From a virus: a DNA stretch of 64,000 bases. Position numbers and translations under genes: made by a program. The notes beneath the pieces were generated by a model. That model was not told the origin of the DNA and searched no databases. It saw only the letters and a program-made list of their open reading frames with translations. Where the stretch lies: the IMG/VR virus record IMGVR_UViG_3300027741_000001. The stretch is one strand, 5' to 3'. Below are positions 12,001 to 21,300 of this stretch, piece by piece (the stretch's first letter is position 1; every line of letters begins with the position of its first letter).

Positions 12001-14914
12001 GGATCGGTTCTCCGTGGATGTAAGGCTCAATTGCAACTTTCCAGAATTGGCCAATATTAGGTAGAATGCTATCCTCTCTATTGTGAAATGCAATAAGAGC
12101 TGCTGCAAATAATTCAGCCATTCTTTCATCAAATGCATTAGGATTTATTTTTGGATCTAAATCTGCATTTGGGGTAACTGCAAATCTCTTGAATGGTTTA
12201 GCATCTGTACCCCAGAACATCTTTTTAAGGTCTCCCCAAAGAGGAGAGTTAACCAGTTTTCCATGCTTTTCTCTATTCCAGAGGTGACCTAGCTCGTGAA
12301 AGAATACGTGCTGAAGTGCAGGAACAAATCCTCCAGGATTTTGACCGTAATATTCTTCTTGTCCCTGCTCATTTATTCCTTTGAAGAGTCTTCTTTTGTC
12401 AGCTTTATCCAGATTATGCAATTGATCCCAAAGAATCAAGTGCATAGTACCATCAGGTTCGGTGTGAGACTCCCCGGTTAAGCATCCAAGCTCGGGGTGG
12501 TCCTTATCAAAACCAATGACTTCACCCTCAGTAAAAGCTGGATCTCCTTGCTTAGCAATTTTAATTCTTACAGGGAGTTTAAATCCAAGCTTTCTTGCAG
12601 TATCTAGGTATCCTTTAAGTTCATCTAGAAGTTGACCATTTATGTCAGACTGCTTGTCAAATTCAATAGTAAATTCTCCATAGCGAAGTATGACTTTTTC
12701 ACCGATACCCTGTAAATTCTTATAAGTAGCAGCTGCAATAGCATATTCTTTTTCATTTATATCGGTTCTGCCTTCTGGATCTTTAAGACGTGTACCTTTA
12801 CGAGACTCTCTAAGAGCTTTCCAAAATAGTTTTACAAAATCGTCTAAGTTCCCAGCAGACTCGTACATATCTTTATACCAGGAAGGGTATCTCTCCCAAG
12901 AATCGATACGATCGTAGCCAACCGGAATATATTGCTTAGGCTTTTTTGTAAACTTTTTCTTTAAAAAGTACCCTCCAGCTTTAAGTTTAGCTAAAAATTC
13001 CAATTCTTTTTTGTTAGGTACGCCATTGCCCTCACCTAGCTCACCGCCACCGCCTCCACCACCGATTCTAAATTGGTTAGGAGTGTTGTTAGTTCTATCT
13101 TTATTGGTGTTTAGCCGAGCTAGAACCTCTGCAGCTTTACCTCTGGTAGTTGCTTCATTAACAGCTTTTTTAGCTTCGGCAGCAATCTCTTGATTTTCTG
13201 AGCCAGCAAGTTCATTGAGAGCATTTAGTTGGGCTTCAGTAACTGGATTATTTCCAGATATAGAGTTTTTAAACGCAGCCATACGTTCTTGGTAAAGCTT
13301 TTGCATTTCCGGAAAATTCAATAGACGCATATCTTGATTGTCTTCAGCAGCAGCTCTATCGACAATCTTTGAGACTAGGTTGAATGAATCTTCCGCATCT
13401 CCATCAGCTGAGTGCCAGTTAGCAGGTTCAAAACCTAAGAAGTTTGCAACTGGGCCAAGGCTGGAGCTGGCTCTTACTTCGCCAGTCTTGCGATCTGGAG
13501 CCTTAGGACCGTCAGTGCCTTTTTCTGGATCGTACTTAGGCAGAAGTGAGGCAAGATCTTTTGAGTCAACGGTTCCGGCAATGTTTAACTTGATACCTGA
13601 ATCATCAGCCATACGCTGTAAAATCTCTAGATCAAATGGAACGTTCTGTCCACCAAGAATAGCATTAGGACCTATAAACTCTAAGAACTGTTTAAGAGCT
13701 TCTTCAGGACTCATTTGCTCTTGAAGCCATTCTGGAGTTACAGCAGTGGTTACAGGCTTTCCGTTTTCATCTCTAACAATATTGCCATCCCCATCTACAA
13801 CATCTCTCTTTAAGTTATTTGCAGACCATTCGGAAAGTTTGCTTCCAGGATTGATGTAAACGTTAAAACGCTTTATAACTTTTCCATTCTTAACTTGAAC
13901 TGCTCCAAGTTGAATAGGATCATTTTTGATACCCTGGCCGTCATAATCAGAGATACCAGTAGTCTCAAAATCAAAGTATGTTATTACCTGAGATTTTAGA
14001 CGTTCTGCAACTTGCTTCCAGTTCTTTGCACCAGCAAGAATTTTTTGCAAAACTCCAGTGAAAGCACCGGGGGTAGGTAGGCGTGCACCATTAGCGTCCA
14101 TAGTTGCTGATTGTAGATCAATTCCCAAATCAGCAATTGAAGATCCTTCTCTATTTTGAGCAGGCGCAGCTTCAGGAGTAGGCTTAGCTTCATCTTTGCC
14201 GATCCATGCTTGAATAGGGTGGTCAGCGGGGACGTTCATAATTGCACGACGTCCATTTTGGAACTGAATAAATATTTGCTTAGTGCCGTCAGCTAAAGTC
14301 TTAACATTGGTAATTTTTCCATACTGATCAGAACCTTGATCGTAAACAATATTTCCAGCAGCTAGATCTTTACCAGTAAGCGCAGTTGCGGTTTTCTTAG
14401 CAGCTTCTTCCTTGTAGTTTTCTGGATCTGGAAGATCGGCTTCGGCATCTTTAAGATCTTGTGGAGTCGGATCTTCTATCTTAAGAGTGTCTTCATCTTG
14501 AATGCCACCGTCTCCAACTTCATACCCTTCAGTATTTTTCCCTAACTCAATTCCACGCTTTTTTAAATATTCAGGGTCTAGTGTTGCAAGTACTTCTTCA
14601 GCATTATTGTATTTAATGTATAGAACTTTGCCAGCAAAATTAGGATCGCTAGGGTCAACTAAAACTCTTGCAAATTTACCATCTGGAGTTGCACCAATAA
14701 ATTTACCAATAACGCGGGCAGTTCTACCTGCATCATTTCCTCTTTTTTTACCTAAACGAACTTTAGCTTTAATACCGCGACCCATTTCAACCCAGCGACC
14801 AAATTTGTCACGGAACTGAGTTAGAACCTCGGCACGGCGTTCGGCAGAGGTATACTCACCGTCTCCGTCTCCGAAGCCGTCAGCTACTATAGGTTTTAGG
14901 TAGTCAAAATCCAC
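2..14914 (-). CDS. Giant polyvalent (putative internal virion) protein 2, >4970 aa, 3' end beyond the window: DEDDh exonuclease, zincin protease, SH3-like repeats, 2x ART, 3x GNAT, ParB-like
   Basis: Not in the ORF track. GTG at 14914 overlaps the TAG of the upstream gene and gives MDFDYLKPIVADG...QFRDKFGRWVEMG. Motifs read manually in this one frame: YFDFETTG (~13955-13978), HELGH (~12284-12298), VYRG/SSWS/DERE (~4790-4544), YxRRG[IL]ATA x3 (~3500, ~2715, ~1915), EGNHR (~1346-1360), LYRG/SAWA/EEA (~247-2). Spot checks found no in-frame stop, and the track lists no long internal minus-strand ORF here. Confidence 0.9.
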   Translation of the reverse strand, partial: MDFDYLKPIVADGFGDGDGEYTSAERRAEVLTQFRDKFGRWVEMGRGIKAKVRLGKKRGNDAGRTARVIGKFIGATPDGKFARVLVDPSDPNFAGKVLYIKYNNAEEVLATLDPEYLKKRGIELGKNTEGYEVGDGGIQDEDTLKIEDPTPQDLKDAEADLPDPENYKEEAAKKTATALTGKDLAAGNIVYDQGSDQYGKITNVKTLADGTKQIFIQFQNGRRAIMNVPADHPIQAWIGKDEAKPTPEAAPAQNREGSSIADLGIDLQSATMDANGARLPTPGAFTGVLQKILAGAKNWKQVAERLKSQVITYFDFETTGISDYDGQGIKNDPIQLGAVQVKNGKVIKRFNVYINPGSKLSEWSANNLKRDVVDGDGNIVRDENGKPVTTAVTPEWLQEQMSPEEALKQFLEFIGPNAILGGQNVPFDLEILQRMADDSGIKLNIAGTVDSKDLASLLPKYDPEKGTDGPKAPDRKTGEVRASSSLGPVANFLGFEPANWHSADGDAEDSFNLVSKIVDRAAAEDNQDMRLLNFPEMQKLYQERMAAFKNSISGNNPVTEAQLNALNELAGSENQEIAAEAKKAVNEATTRGKAAEVLARLNTNKDRTNNTPNQFRIGGGGGGGELGEGNGVPNKKELEFLAKLKAGGYFLKKKFTKKPKQYIPVGYDRIDSWERYPSWYKDMYESAGNLDDFVKLFWKALRESRKGTRLKDPEGRTDINEKEYAIAAATYKNLQGIGEKVILRYGEFTIEFDKQSDINGQLLDELKGYLDTARKLGFKLPVRIKIAKQGDPAFTEGEVIGFDKDHPELGCLTGESHTEPDGTMHLILWDQLHNLDKADKRRLFKGINEQGQEEYYGQNPGGFVPALQHVFFHELGHLWNREKHGKLVNSPLWGDLKKMFWGTDAKPFKRFAVTPNADLDPKINPNAFDERMAELFAAALIAFHNREDSILPNIGQFWKVAIEPYIHGEPIHWTANSERVNPPKKEEKGKGKKTTTPRGGKARTPDVKKPEDVKPGDIVYDKDGNLHGKVVVIRQDRHGNWHYWVEGKDYKPGDVFPKGLDEYVVHKNGIIYVTKAGANFVPGDGPDFIYPLPGKLDSSNADAVKAEDLKPGMVYESPDGPANVVNVFEHGIGVPDVKKSSDRVVVYVGKDGEVKHEVVPVGTFKKVLTSSKSNVPAPTPENENQGGEGSGNGNNRGGEGNGGGRGGRGGNGGGGGGGRRRNNDSFDEVFIILLRAAIRNALYKSSGRWEDFDLELEDKIRLEVDEIIEEIHNLGVPVSKYQRLAEYLNEKILPGNGDQYSIIAHAKDFLNGVKTPAESTTEIYGPERKLLYESIIEAVLRIAINLGKRIDPNQDPKQRADQIAQEAYEIVQEIIKLDIKDYKGLIRHLKENLGAVHEGMYSDKLKQVLDEVKEFLDPGYRKRQLDALDRIKELLKERIEAVDPLGEKTDVVGGLIKDILAPYLDVHGYGRKEGIDYEELLDLLDKNLKPGEIKHVEKREGSSLRGNWDEVVKAVQDIIDANLGKKESTETPEPEVTREDPIGKGKIDPKGYAEKGYVPMVHPKPEFPAEIDEKKLIEKGFEIEEQDNRDKPSQNREEDGEEGEEGALPYEDPSKFAAGKKAVVIWHNKDFSAPGARIKITFTRKADGSLDQKYTEIQWRNWDGTIDGDGYGPAELLDFELERSEEETFRKAFEFATKALARRNEEYNNGELPGTFPHFFRKVGDDYIWRALKDPKTGKWKAAKTEKIDRLKKPPFGAVISNKDGKWTATILDPKGNVVATFEVDGDENDKSALENLINQSYVELAKRYRNINAPAAAPTPANEPEKIDDSFVDLQDVAADWEKDKYGQIALGWNMARPRNGSGNMAVPKKGAEFWGEIRYWGSTDYPRDHISVKFQDKDGYWRGADLYGYYKDPELIAKAKQWLAQQYQIWKDPARRDATEGVTADGHKPKRGDTIYLINRGKIEKVTLDVGLEGDMDPEFKDLVGKYFVKQTNWGEYEIMLGSSERSAAHIGDMIDAYKDENLAKEELQRRLDNEKELENKYGFKFFKLNDEDEKEQPVEEETTPTTESKEITGEHNFPLPDDVQMFPAGAGEPYAKYVINGEGFQHEADYPDVRAKDGLRYGAEIYYEEAIEPNSYNKKGRVAGWRISLLNNKWREDMSRRRLIDYRNAEVPGDINDPEVWKKAVEEARKMVANAIAENGGNNNPYTSEYIPLESLDQIQSGDYLMYGGHFPPTTRWKGTKSEETSPNFYAQVVSVKTDENGNRVFEIKEPNRAQGGYYDNVFVNDEEFLAKFGGITGLARYSDENQNVKPATEPVAETKVEEEPKELTEEERQANIDAWTEVGQLYRKYLAAKRGKNMKREAKRLKQELSPYPVVMLHEKLSDYKDILNNTRSSSTDENEKKAIAKRIAELVDAMKQLNVLTNKGMKEGAGKPTDPLDFNFDNLFRDIEVEDGISESDVEEVVNEPEVVEEPAAEPTEEPKKNVIETAGGVLDFDALSPMQLGKIKAHLDKKVRWNGEVMTYRELYSRFAIGRRKSQNLKDVDFVKGQSENIWGPIKYFLYVDEKGGMIDVPKMIYDAFKPTSTDPKMDEDATAPVQEAKMAEVQRKWDEKAKAEAETAKSAEEKPEEPVEEKPEKPVATPVTSVETPKDLGPTQITKETAKQYLAEKVDVGWTIYGPDGYALGVVVKKDTLGRVVQLTVRGPNGKETTYNFNMLTKLNAFSPKDKKDIEKAIKAKPVEPKPEVVKEPTSEETPDKISREDGYRLFNAIKKVYDFIHRSKRTEDPDAAKKDANDKVNQLAKILNPEDIDDFIRYVDLEIAFKKIMSSTDYLDNFEKYIDNYSSGNGAEVNPIHRGADGKIINKGDDLVVVDSDGNLKKITLQVFKKPNPTAFRDKTDFIEWGYQLRLDGNKNPEIVNINDSKESYSLDNVFHTQNEYEIRNIISNRSKALPKTSVAPEAIENASYNGNLENDLSAFKNNLENAIENFRNQPGADKNVYKAAAKELYNELKKLNSLYEDSATSGNDLEQIRNVYDDKIRDLGDVQSAKEKSNPNQNREGAERNITTATQKTNISAVEDAVRNGEIDDLSASDSISDLFSSTSEFSQSILLKQVAAARLLRYMPDARFDDLLKAAMSGGYSPLFNASSRMDVHYMNYNGIAKEAFFSRLSGPASSSIYNAFNADLSDIKEDTELLVTNVNEVKSLSTISILTVNKELMNSVLEKMGNTDSNSIIKFINDQLFLRVHSSFNQEDVNDLKKIMISNLIHSWALSSNDKNIKSHAMQKVAKDIFAMDPKATSEWSFVRGMNQYNVDIYREQGTVPNEVKDLIDLNNHYEDQVDQEVKDHRLIYTQFLHAMYNATQDLLKDQGIDGFIVYRGSDSTELNEIYNNLGSTGVFSGTVQQRPLSSWSTNRYKAESFAMNSPGKNAVVMATIVPADKVISFSGSGFGSMDEREVVVLGGDIKEALFSYHSYPGNRDNSDLEAAIKEEAERNQIVSNDPVSGQTVIQEQSKPSQNRERAEKPINIDNSDENADWIKQSSWDLSTNVDDFLRMFTSRDQLSDFMTKPTAQGMPEEMLRNLWPAADKHFEKIESAPKEEESKYLPEPFDPRDKKADLDEYYNYDYTKMPDGTPFNSDQQQQMDAIAKRLENILKNNDEDANSFAVKNLKNFRRTLYQQIIAKPTKGSSTTRDSILKQVEFSDKPAVKYFDEARGLTYTRYVDKFTDKYGRKYYIVTNIDESSGRQTVVAYDQKNFEGMPLPEDYVRKDQPVSGINDVGGLDSYIFRDPSVSEIQSVMVTDRYQRRGIATALVAVLEKRLGLPVIHSDNLSSMGFAFSNSIDPGKPDLHNNEKSIKLQEDNAPSQNREGFFKRNKAKKEPFDPTDPTIDLEKYYNYDYTQMPDGTPFNVYQQQQMDILKDAIDNEPDDFERKLRIAERRRIYQGYTAKPNLKSGTNLESIKDQVGLLDDNTSRMNYSGAGKPYADLPPEYKQSTQYIDEFTDKYGRQYWVVTKVVNGLGMSNVKLYDKSKNSLQDLQDNSEDRTPVSSLDVFNNKISMVYTSDRYVRRGLATAALHLARERSGKEVQHSEMLTSFGRAFSLSVDPNPDLHRNDESKVTLSNNQPSQNRENQYPPEPFDPNDRTLDLDTIYNYDYTQLPDGTPFNAKQQKIMDWENKNVEDAIASGDDSKIRAAKISRRFEYTKFTTVANPDSKTNMETIADQVTLGKSKPKKFTGFVRYTDKFIDKYGRKYMILTDINTDSSSDKSVLVTVHDLEGRFLAPNFTPEGMENVDTFGGKFLHIASLRVDDDDKKDPNAAAKIGLVLTNDEYRRRGLATAMLYVARKHYSKPVNHSSTLTMYGKAFSNSVDAGKPDVHDSLESKQLQIDLLKEKGLPVEEPKLDGDEIDYGPNQNRENVEEPTILNKYLEVIPLNNSYRDKNDPDLDLTEWTGKGVKIYGIGNGGNPLGYVRTEKLATMKGNLADMESSTSSIAHDLEDGTGYLEPVLVWYNPLTGRAFIAEGNHRVEAARIAGREYVPVVVGVSTVDFKNPTTMERSGGVGDVVLNKDGSLENFKNVKDGSLINPYHLFNDEDLLYPRINLDPKDVPGFTDVLKIQSDLLNELMAENEETGLNEIATWYDPDAFDIDSSIGHMGGASEQLKEIAAKNIGNNMLSSPKDILGALDHAISISQVVRSRLSYLDSQKMALKALDSKSDNLNGNSIILFIDDSEHSPYEGLHIETLREVLDFMDPYDEELYGNPYDEKTIDYKTLFDDYYANENKKPIFFDNPEDIEAFKEKAASILVAQWAETSNGSDMLSHALQIAAAETFKMPAGSWAPWKVQSKNAQYTKDILENAEYYYGIHSSVLKDFLKTMYDLTQDRFKNYGIKYLTLYRGTGVDEEAFKIDTGIEYNGIGDAEILQRPMSAWAWLHGDAFNFATSRLQERAGMFMGTIIPVEQVLSIPGTGFGCFEEA

Positions 14915-15117
14915 TATTCTCCGCCATCCTTAAGGATGTCTACCCCGATTAAACGTTGCAGCTCCTCATTGGCGGCTTTAGAGCCTTCTAAAGTTAGGTT
15001 TACTAGTTGCTCGATTGAAAGAGATGAGTATGGCACTTTTTTAACAACGTGCTCATCATTTCTATAAGACTCTACGGTAAGCATAGGCTCGGCCTTAGAC
15101 TTTTTATTTTCGTCCAT
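14914..15117 (-). CDS. Small hypothetical protein, translationally coupled to giant ORF 2
   Basis: ORF track; TAG/GTG overlap; AGGA upstream. Confidence 0.75.
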   Translation of the reverse strand: MDENKKSKAEPMLTVESYRNDEHVVKKVPYSSLSIEQLVNLTLEGSKAANEELQRLIGVDILKDGGE

Positions 15118-15134
15118 TTATATATCCTACGTAG

Positions 15135-15287
15135 TTATTCTGACGGAGTGTTTTTAGGAGTAGGCTCTGCTACATCCTCTTCACCACTATCATATAGGAA
15201 ATCTGGATCGGGGTTTGGGAAAGAGATAGCAGTCCAATACTCTTCATCTTCAGGAGTATAGTGATCAGGGTTTAAATAATTTTCCAT
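15135..15287 (-). CDS. 50-aa acidic hypothetical protein (MENYLNPDHY...)
   Basis: Manual translation; GAGGAG RBS and TGGTATACT -10-like element upstream. Confidence 0.65.
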   Translation of the reverse strand: MENYLNPDHYTPEDEEYWTAISFPNPDPDFLYDSGEEDVAEPTPKNTPSE

Positions 15288-15355
15288 GTAAATACTCCTC
15301 GAAATAGTTAATAAGTCTGTAAATAGTATACCAAAGTATCTGAATAAAGACTTAA

Positions 15356-18300
15356 TTAACCACCAAGAAGTGCTTTAAGTTGATTAAGAATATTGACTCT
15401 ATCCTCAGGATCAGCTAGACTAATGCTCCAGTTGTTTGCTTTTCTATCCCAGAAGAATGAGAATGGGATCTTCTTATCTTTAGGTACTAGTGAAACACTC
15501 TTGATTAGATCTTTAGCAGCCATAGTATCACCCATCAGGAAGATTCTATTACCTTCGATTCGATAGTTGACACCGCCTCCAAGACCTCCAGAAGATCCAT
15601 CTTCACCAGTTACTGGCTCAATTGGCATGGAGGTAGCTCCAGGCTGATTAGTTGGATCATACTCTTCATCTGGGTTATCTTCATAGTAGCCAGCTAGGAT
15701 GTAGTCAACTGCCTTGCTTGCCATAGAAGCGGCCTCAAACAAAGCGTTTGGCTCTGTTTCCAAGAATCTCTTCCAAGACTGAACATAAGCAGCCACGTTT
15801 TCAATACTGGTGTTGATCCCAAACATAGAAGCTAAAATAGCTGCTCCAATTTCTGCAATAAGTTCTTCACGAGCACGGACATCCTTGTGCTTACCGTAGT
15901 TATCTAGAAGATCTTTACGATCTAGACGCTGAGGGTCTCCAGTACTGTGGACCAGCTCGTGGAACAAAGTATCTAGGTGCTCTTCAGTGCTATTGAACTG
16001 TTCTCTTAGAGGCAAGCTGACTGTGTCCGTCTGAGGTGACCAGAAAGCTGAGTCTCCAGGGGCATATTGGATGTTAGGCCCGCCTGTGTAGGAAGCAAGG
16101 ATGATATCCTCTACCTCGTGCATAGGAGGTGGGTCTTTTCTAGGAAGTGGTGGAATAGTAATACCCTTAACCACATCTTCGTTATAGACAACATCAATGT
16201 CGAGTCTAGTCTTGGTTCTAGAACCATCATCCGGCTTCTGGTCACCAGTCTTTGGGTCAATGATAGTTTTGGTCTCATCTGGCTTTACAGTGTACTTACT
16301 CTTCACAACCTTGGTTATAAGCACGCCATCGTTTTCGTCTACGTAGCCACCAAGCTTAGCAATAGCGTTCTTTGTATACCAGCGAGTACCTTTGTAGCCT
16401 CTGAATTGGCTTAGAACTTCTAGAATAACTAGGTTTCCACCCTTGTAGTTCTTACCAGTAGCGCCTGATGTAGGTAGGTAAGATCCACCGCCAGTCCAAG
16501 GCTTCTTCCAAGGAATAATTCCCTTATCCATAGCCTCGGTAATTTGAGCCATAACCTGATCTACAGCATCTTTATTGCTCTTTATAGGTTTGCTATTTTC
16601 GCGGTTTTGAGAAGGACCGTTGTCTTCTAGGTCTTTCCAACCAAAAATTGCCTCGGAAGCTCCAAAGATTCCAGATTTATTTGCCACTTCAGAGACCTTC
16701 ACGAACTTGTCACCATTTTCGTCAGTGTAAAGTTCTACTCTCTTATTTGGCAAAGCTGATCTGAGTTGAGCCACGTACTCTTCCGGATCTAGTCCATTAG
16801 GAATAGGGTCAAGAACAGGAGTCTCGATCTCGGCTGTCATTCTTTCAGCAGCGTGAACTGCCTCTGTGAGTTCCTTTAGACCGCGTTCTCCGCCAGGATA
16901 TTGAGGATCTCTAGAGATAGGCTCAAGAGACATCTGGTAATCGTACTCAGCTTGAATAGCTTCGTCATAGGCTGCATTAATCTCTTCTTCAGACATTACT
17001 GGCTGCTCAGATGCAGATTTATTAGGAGTTGAATCTGAATCTGATTCAATAGCTTTTGCAACTATATCTAAGCTAGACTCTTTGACGTTTTCTGGATCTG
17101 ACTTAGCATCTATGCTATTATCCCCTTGGAAAATAGTAGTTCCGTTTTTACGAACTTGGATAGCATCATTAGAGATAGTAGCTTCATACTTGCCATCAGG
17201 AGAACTCCAAGTGTGCTTGTAGTCATTTCCTTCAGGTCCACCTAGATATTCGGTATTCCAGTTAGCAGTGTAGTCATACTTACTGTCAGGGTTGGTAGCA
17301 CCTTCACGGTTTTGAGACGGGCCTCCGATAACCTTTTTAGCCTGCTGGCCATTAACATATGATGCACCGCCACCGCCATCAATAGCTTCAAAGAATACGC
17401 TAACTTCATCGGAATCGTGACGACTTATCATCTTGATTCTCTTGTTTCCCTTAGCAGTAACTACAGTGTCACCCTTTTGTAGAGTATTAGGGTCTACTTC
17501 TACAATTTCAGGTCCTGAGCTTTCAGTATTCTGTGAAGTAGGTTGATCAGGGCTCTTATCAGACCTAGCTTCTAGCTGGCGTAGGTAATCCTTACGCTTT
17601 GACTTGAATTCTTCTATCTTACCATCTAGCCAATCCAACATTCCAGGATCTAATTCATCCATAGTTCTAGTTACAGCAACGTACATAAGGTTCAATGCTT
17701 CTGTAGTAAGAGATCTAGGCATATTGCCCTTCTCGATAGCGTCAGCATCTTTTTGTGGGTTAGGCTTGAACCATGTTCCTGAAAGTTTAACTTGTTTAGC
17801 TTCTAGTCCCTTGGCTCGGTGAGCAGTTAGAACTACGCTGTCGACATCTGCACCACTTAGAGCGTCTACAAGAGCGCTTAGTTGCTCAGATCCATTTCCT
17901 TGAACAGGAGTGGTCCAGTCCCAAGTCTTACCTGTATCCCATGTGTATCCCATTGAAGATAGAGTGTCAGAGTTATTCTTAGTTCCATTATTTGGATTCT
18001 TTAGCTCAGGTGTCCAAGGCTTTGCATCACCAGTATTGTAGAGACGGATAGCCCCATTTTCAATCTTGTAGCTAATGAAGTTTCCAAGATCTCCTTCGTC
18101 GCCCCAGTTGCCATCCGAAGGCTTTTTGAATCCTTGAATACCAATGATTCTTGCACCATCTACTGTCCGCTTTAGTTCAGCAAATACTGCCTTGCCATCG
18201 TTATCTCTTTCTTGCTCTTCTAGACGAGCTTGAGTCAGCTCCATAATGCCTAGCAATCTTCCTACTGCTGGATCAGAATCTTCTTGGTGAAGTTCAAGCA

Positions 18301-21300
18301 TTTGCTTCCAGCTGTCGTAGGAGTCTAAGTCCTCATGCGCATTTGATGGGCGATACTTAGGATTAGCACCAAAAAATAGCCACTTAGCTGTAGCCAAGAA
18401 ACTATTCATTTCAGCTTTAAATTCCCTAATAACACCAGCACGTTGACCTCTACCAACCATAGTCATAATTTCTAGTAGAGCATCAGCGTTGGTTGTGGTA
18501 AGAATCATGTCTGCATCTGTCATACTTCCAGGAGTTGCAAGACTTGAAGTCTTATTTGGATTTCCGACTAGACGTTCGTCATCCTCGTCCTTAATCTCCA
18601 AAACCTGGTTAGCAAAATCAGCAACATCCTGTCCGGCACGGAACATCATGGTTAGAGGTAGGGTTACCATTCTTCTAAACATATTTAGGCTGTTGACGGC
18701 TCCACGGAACTGATAGATAGATTGGTGAGGATCTCCAACAACAACAAGCTGTATGCCATTGTTGTGTAGAGTCTCTTGCTCATCCATAAGTCTAAAGAAT
18801 ACTCCGTTAACGTCCTGAGCCTCATCAATCAGAATAATGTCTGGGATTGCACCAAGACCGTGGGCGCTTTCTCCCTTAGAGTTAACTTCTTTTAGATTAG
18901 GGTGGCTAAGAGCAAAGTTCTTCATCATATCGTTGAAAGTTACAGGAATCTGACGAACGCTGTCATCGTGCGGCTCTAGTTTTTCTTTCCATATTTTCTG
19001 AGCTAGCTCTAGGAAGAATGGGGTATAAGCCTCAGGGCCTCCTATTTTTTCTCCAATTGCATCGTCGAAGTGTTTTCTTTCAATCATGTCATCTGCACTA
19101 ATAGTCCAGTTGTTTAGACCCTTAAGTGTAATTTTTACTGCTAAGAACTTAGAAATTCTTTTTCCATTACCTAGCTCTACTTCGTTTGGAATCTTGAAGT
19201 AATCAGCTATATCTAAAAAGCCATTGATCGGTCTATTTTTTGCATCCGACTGCTTCTTCATAGCAATAAACTTCTTAGAAAGTTTGCTATTTACAGGAGC
19301 TTTGAAAGATACAGAGTCCATAGTTCTAATTTCAGTATTTCCAGGGAACTTAAGTCTGTTCTCATCTGCAATAGCTTTGTTGAAAGCCATAGCAAGAATT
19401 CTCTTCTTAGGGAAGTAGTGAAGTATTGCCTTTGCAAGACCGATCAAGGTAGTAGTTTTACCTGTACCGGCTAGAGCCTTGATAACAACTGACCATCCAC
19501 GAATACCAGCTTCAATAGCGTCTTTCTGCTGATCGGTGTACTCTTTATCCAAGAATTCAATATCGTGTCTACCTGTAGCCAGCTCAGCCTTGTTCTTGGT
19601 ATCTTCAGGACGTTCTCTATTTTGAGATGGGGCATCGATAACATCTTGAGCTGCTTGCTCTAGTTTCTTAATAGCAGAGTTGATAGCACGCTTTTCTGCT
19701 GGACTACTAGTAGAGCTTAAAGCATCTTGCAAATTAGTCATAGCATATGAGAGCCGAGACAAAGTACTCTGCTGATTCACGCCTTCGCGAAGTTGACTAG
19801 GGCCACTCTTTTTGTGACGGTCAGGATATTTCTCATCTAGGTAAGCATTTAACTTATCTAGGTCATATCCAGTAGGGACTCGTAAGCCATCAACGTCTAG
19901 GTTGTTAGCAATGGCGTAGTCAAGTTCTAGACCGTCCATTTCCTTAACTAGATCACCGATTTCGTTAGAGTTGACATTTGGAAGCAACTTCCAGATCTCT
20001 TCTCTACGTTCCGCAGATACTATGTCTCTAGGATCCAATAGACGTCTTTCAACGCTCTTCAACTGCTTAGGGCTTGGTTTTCTGATCTTATTTAGTGGAT
20101 CATCAATAACGTTGCTTTCAGTAAGAGGTTGTTCACCATCGTCTGGCTTTGGAGGAAATAAGCTTGAGAAAGTAGGACGATCGTTTGTAGGAGTTCCTTC
20201 TGGAGATGTAGAGTTAAGAGCATTTCTTGCTTCTTGCTCTAGATCCTTAGGATCTGGTTCGTCTCCTCTAGCAGCTCTTTCAACAGCTCTATCAGCTATA
20301 AATTTTAAAGCACGTTCGACAAATGCTTCGTATCCTGGAATATACTTAGCAAGTTTTGCATCATAGTCATTATCTGAAGCATCGAGATCAAAGATATTGT
20401 CTTTAATCAAATCGGTTCCAGACTTAGCTCTCTTAAGCATCTGCCCTAGAAGTTTGACGTTAAGTTCTAGATCATTAGCTGCATTATGTAATGAATTACT
20501 AGGAATACCTTCGTATCTTCCTAAAGCTTCTAGAGCGGTAGAACCATGTATACCAAAGTCTCCTACCTTATATGGACCACCAAGGTTAGTTTTTTTGTTA
20601 AATACATTGTAAATGTGATCAGCTAGTCCAAGCGTGTCAATCATTCCAGCAGGAGAATATTCTGCTAGTCCAGCTTCTTTAAGAGTTCTATTTAGGACTT
20701 CTAAATCGTAATCAGCAACGTTGTGACCAGCTAAAACTGCGTCTGGTCCTAGAAATTCTAAAGCCTTAGCAATAACTTCACTCTTGGTTGGGAGACTTGC
20801 AATCCACTCAGGAGTTACTCGATTGCCTTTGTCATCCTTTATATTTGCCATAGACCATGAACTTAAAGGAGATCCAGGATTCATGTAGCTTATAAACTTA
20901 TCAACGATTTCTCCGTTTACAACTTTATATATAGCAATCTGAATTGGATCGTTTTTAACATGAGGCTGTAAAGGGTCAAAGATACCGGTAGTTTCAAAAT
21001 CAATAAAGTGTAGAACTTTATCTCTCAAAGCTTCAGTTACATCATCCCAGTTCTTTGCTCCAGCCATCCAGTCGCGAACAACGCCCCAGAAAGCCTTAGG
21101 TTTAACTCTTGCAGGAGGTCTAGGCTTATTTGGGTGGTTAGAGTAGTCAATGATTCCAGGAACTGGATCGGTGTCAACTGGGATCTCTGGAGATTCAACA
21201 GGATTTGGCTCAAATACCTCTGCTGATGTGCTGTGGTCTACTTCATCTTCTAGAGATGGGTCGTAATCATTTTCGAATGGACTATTGTGGTATCCATCTC

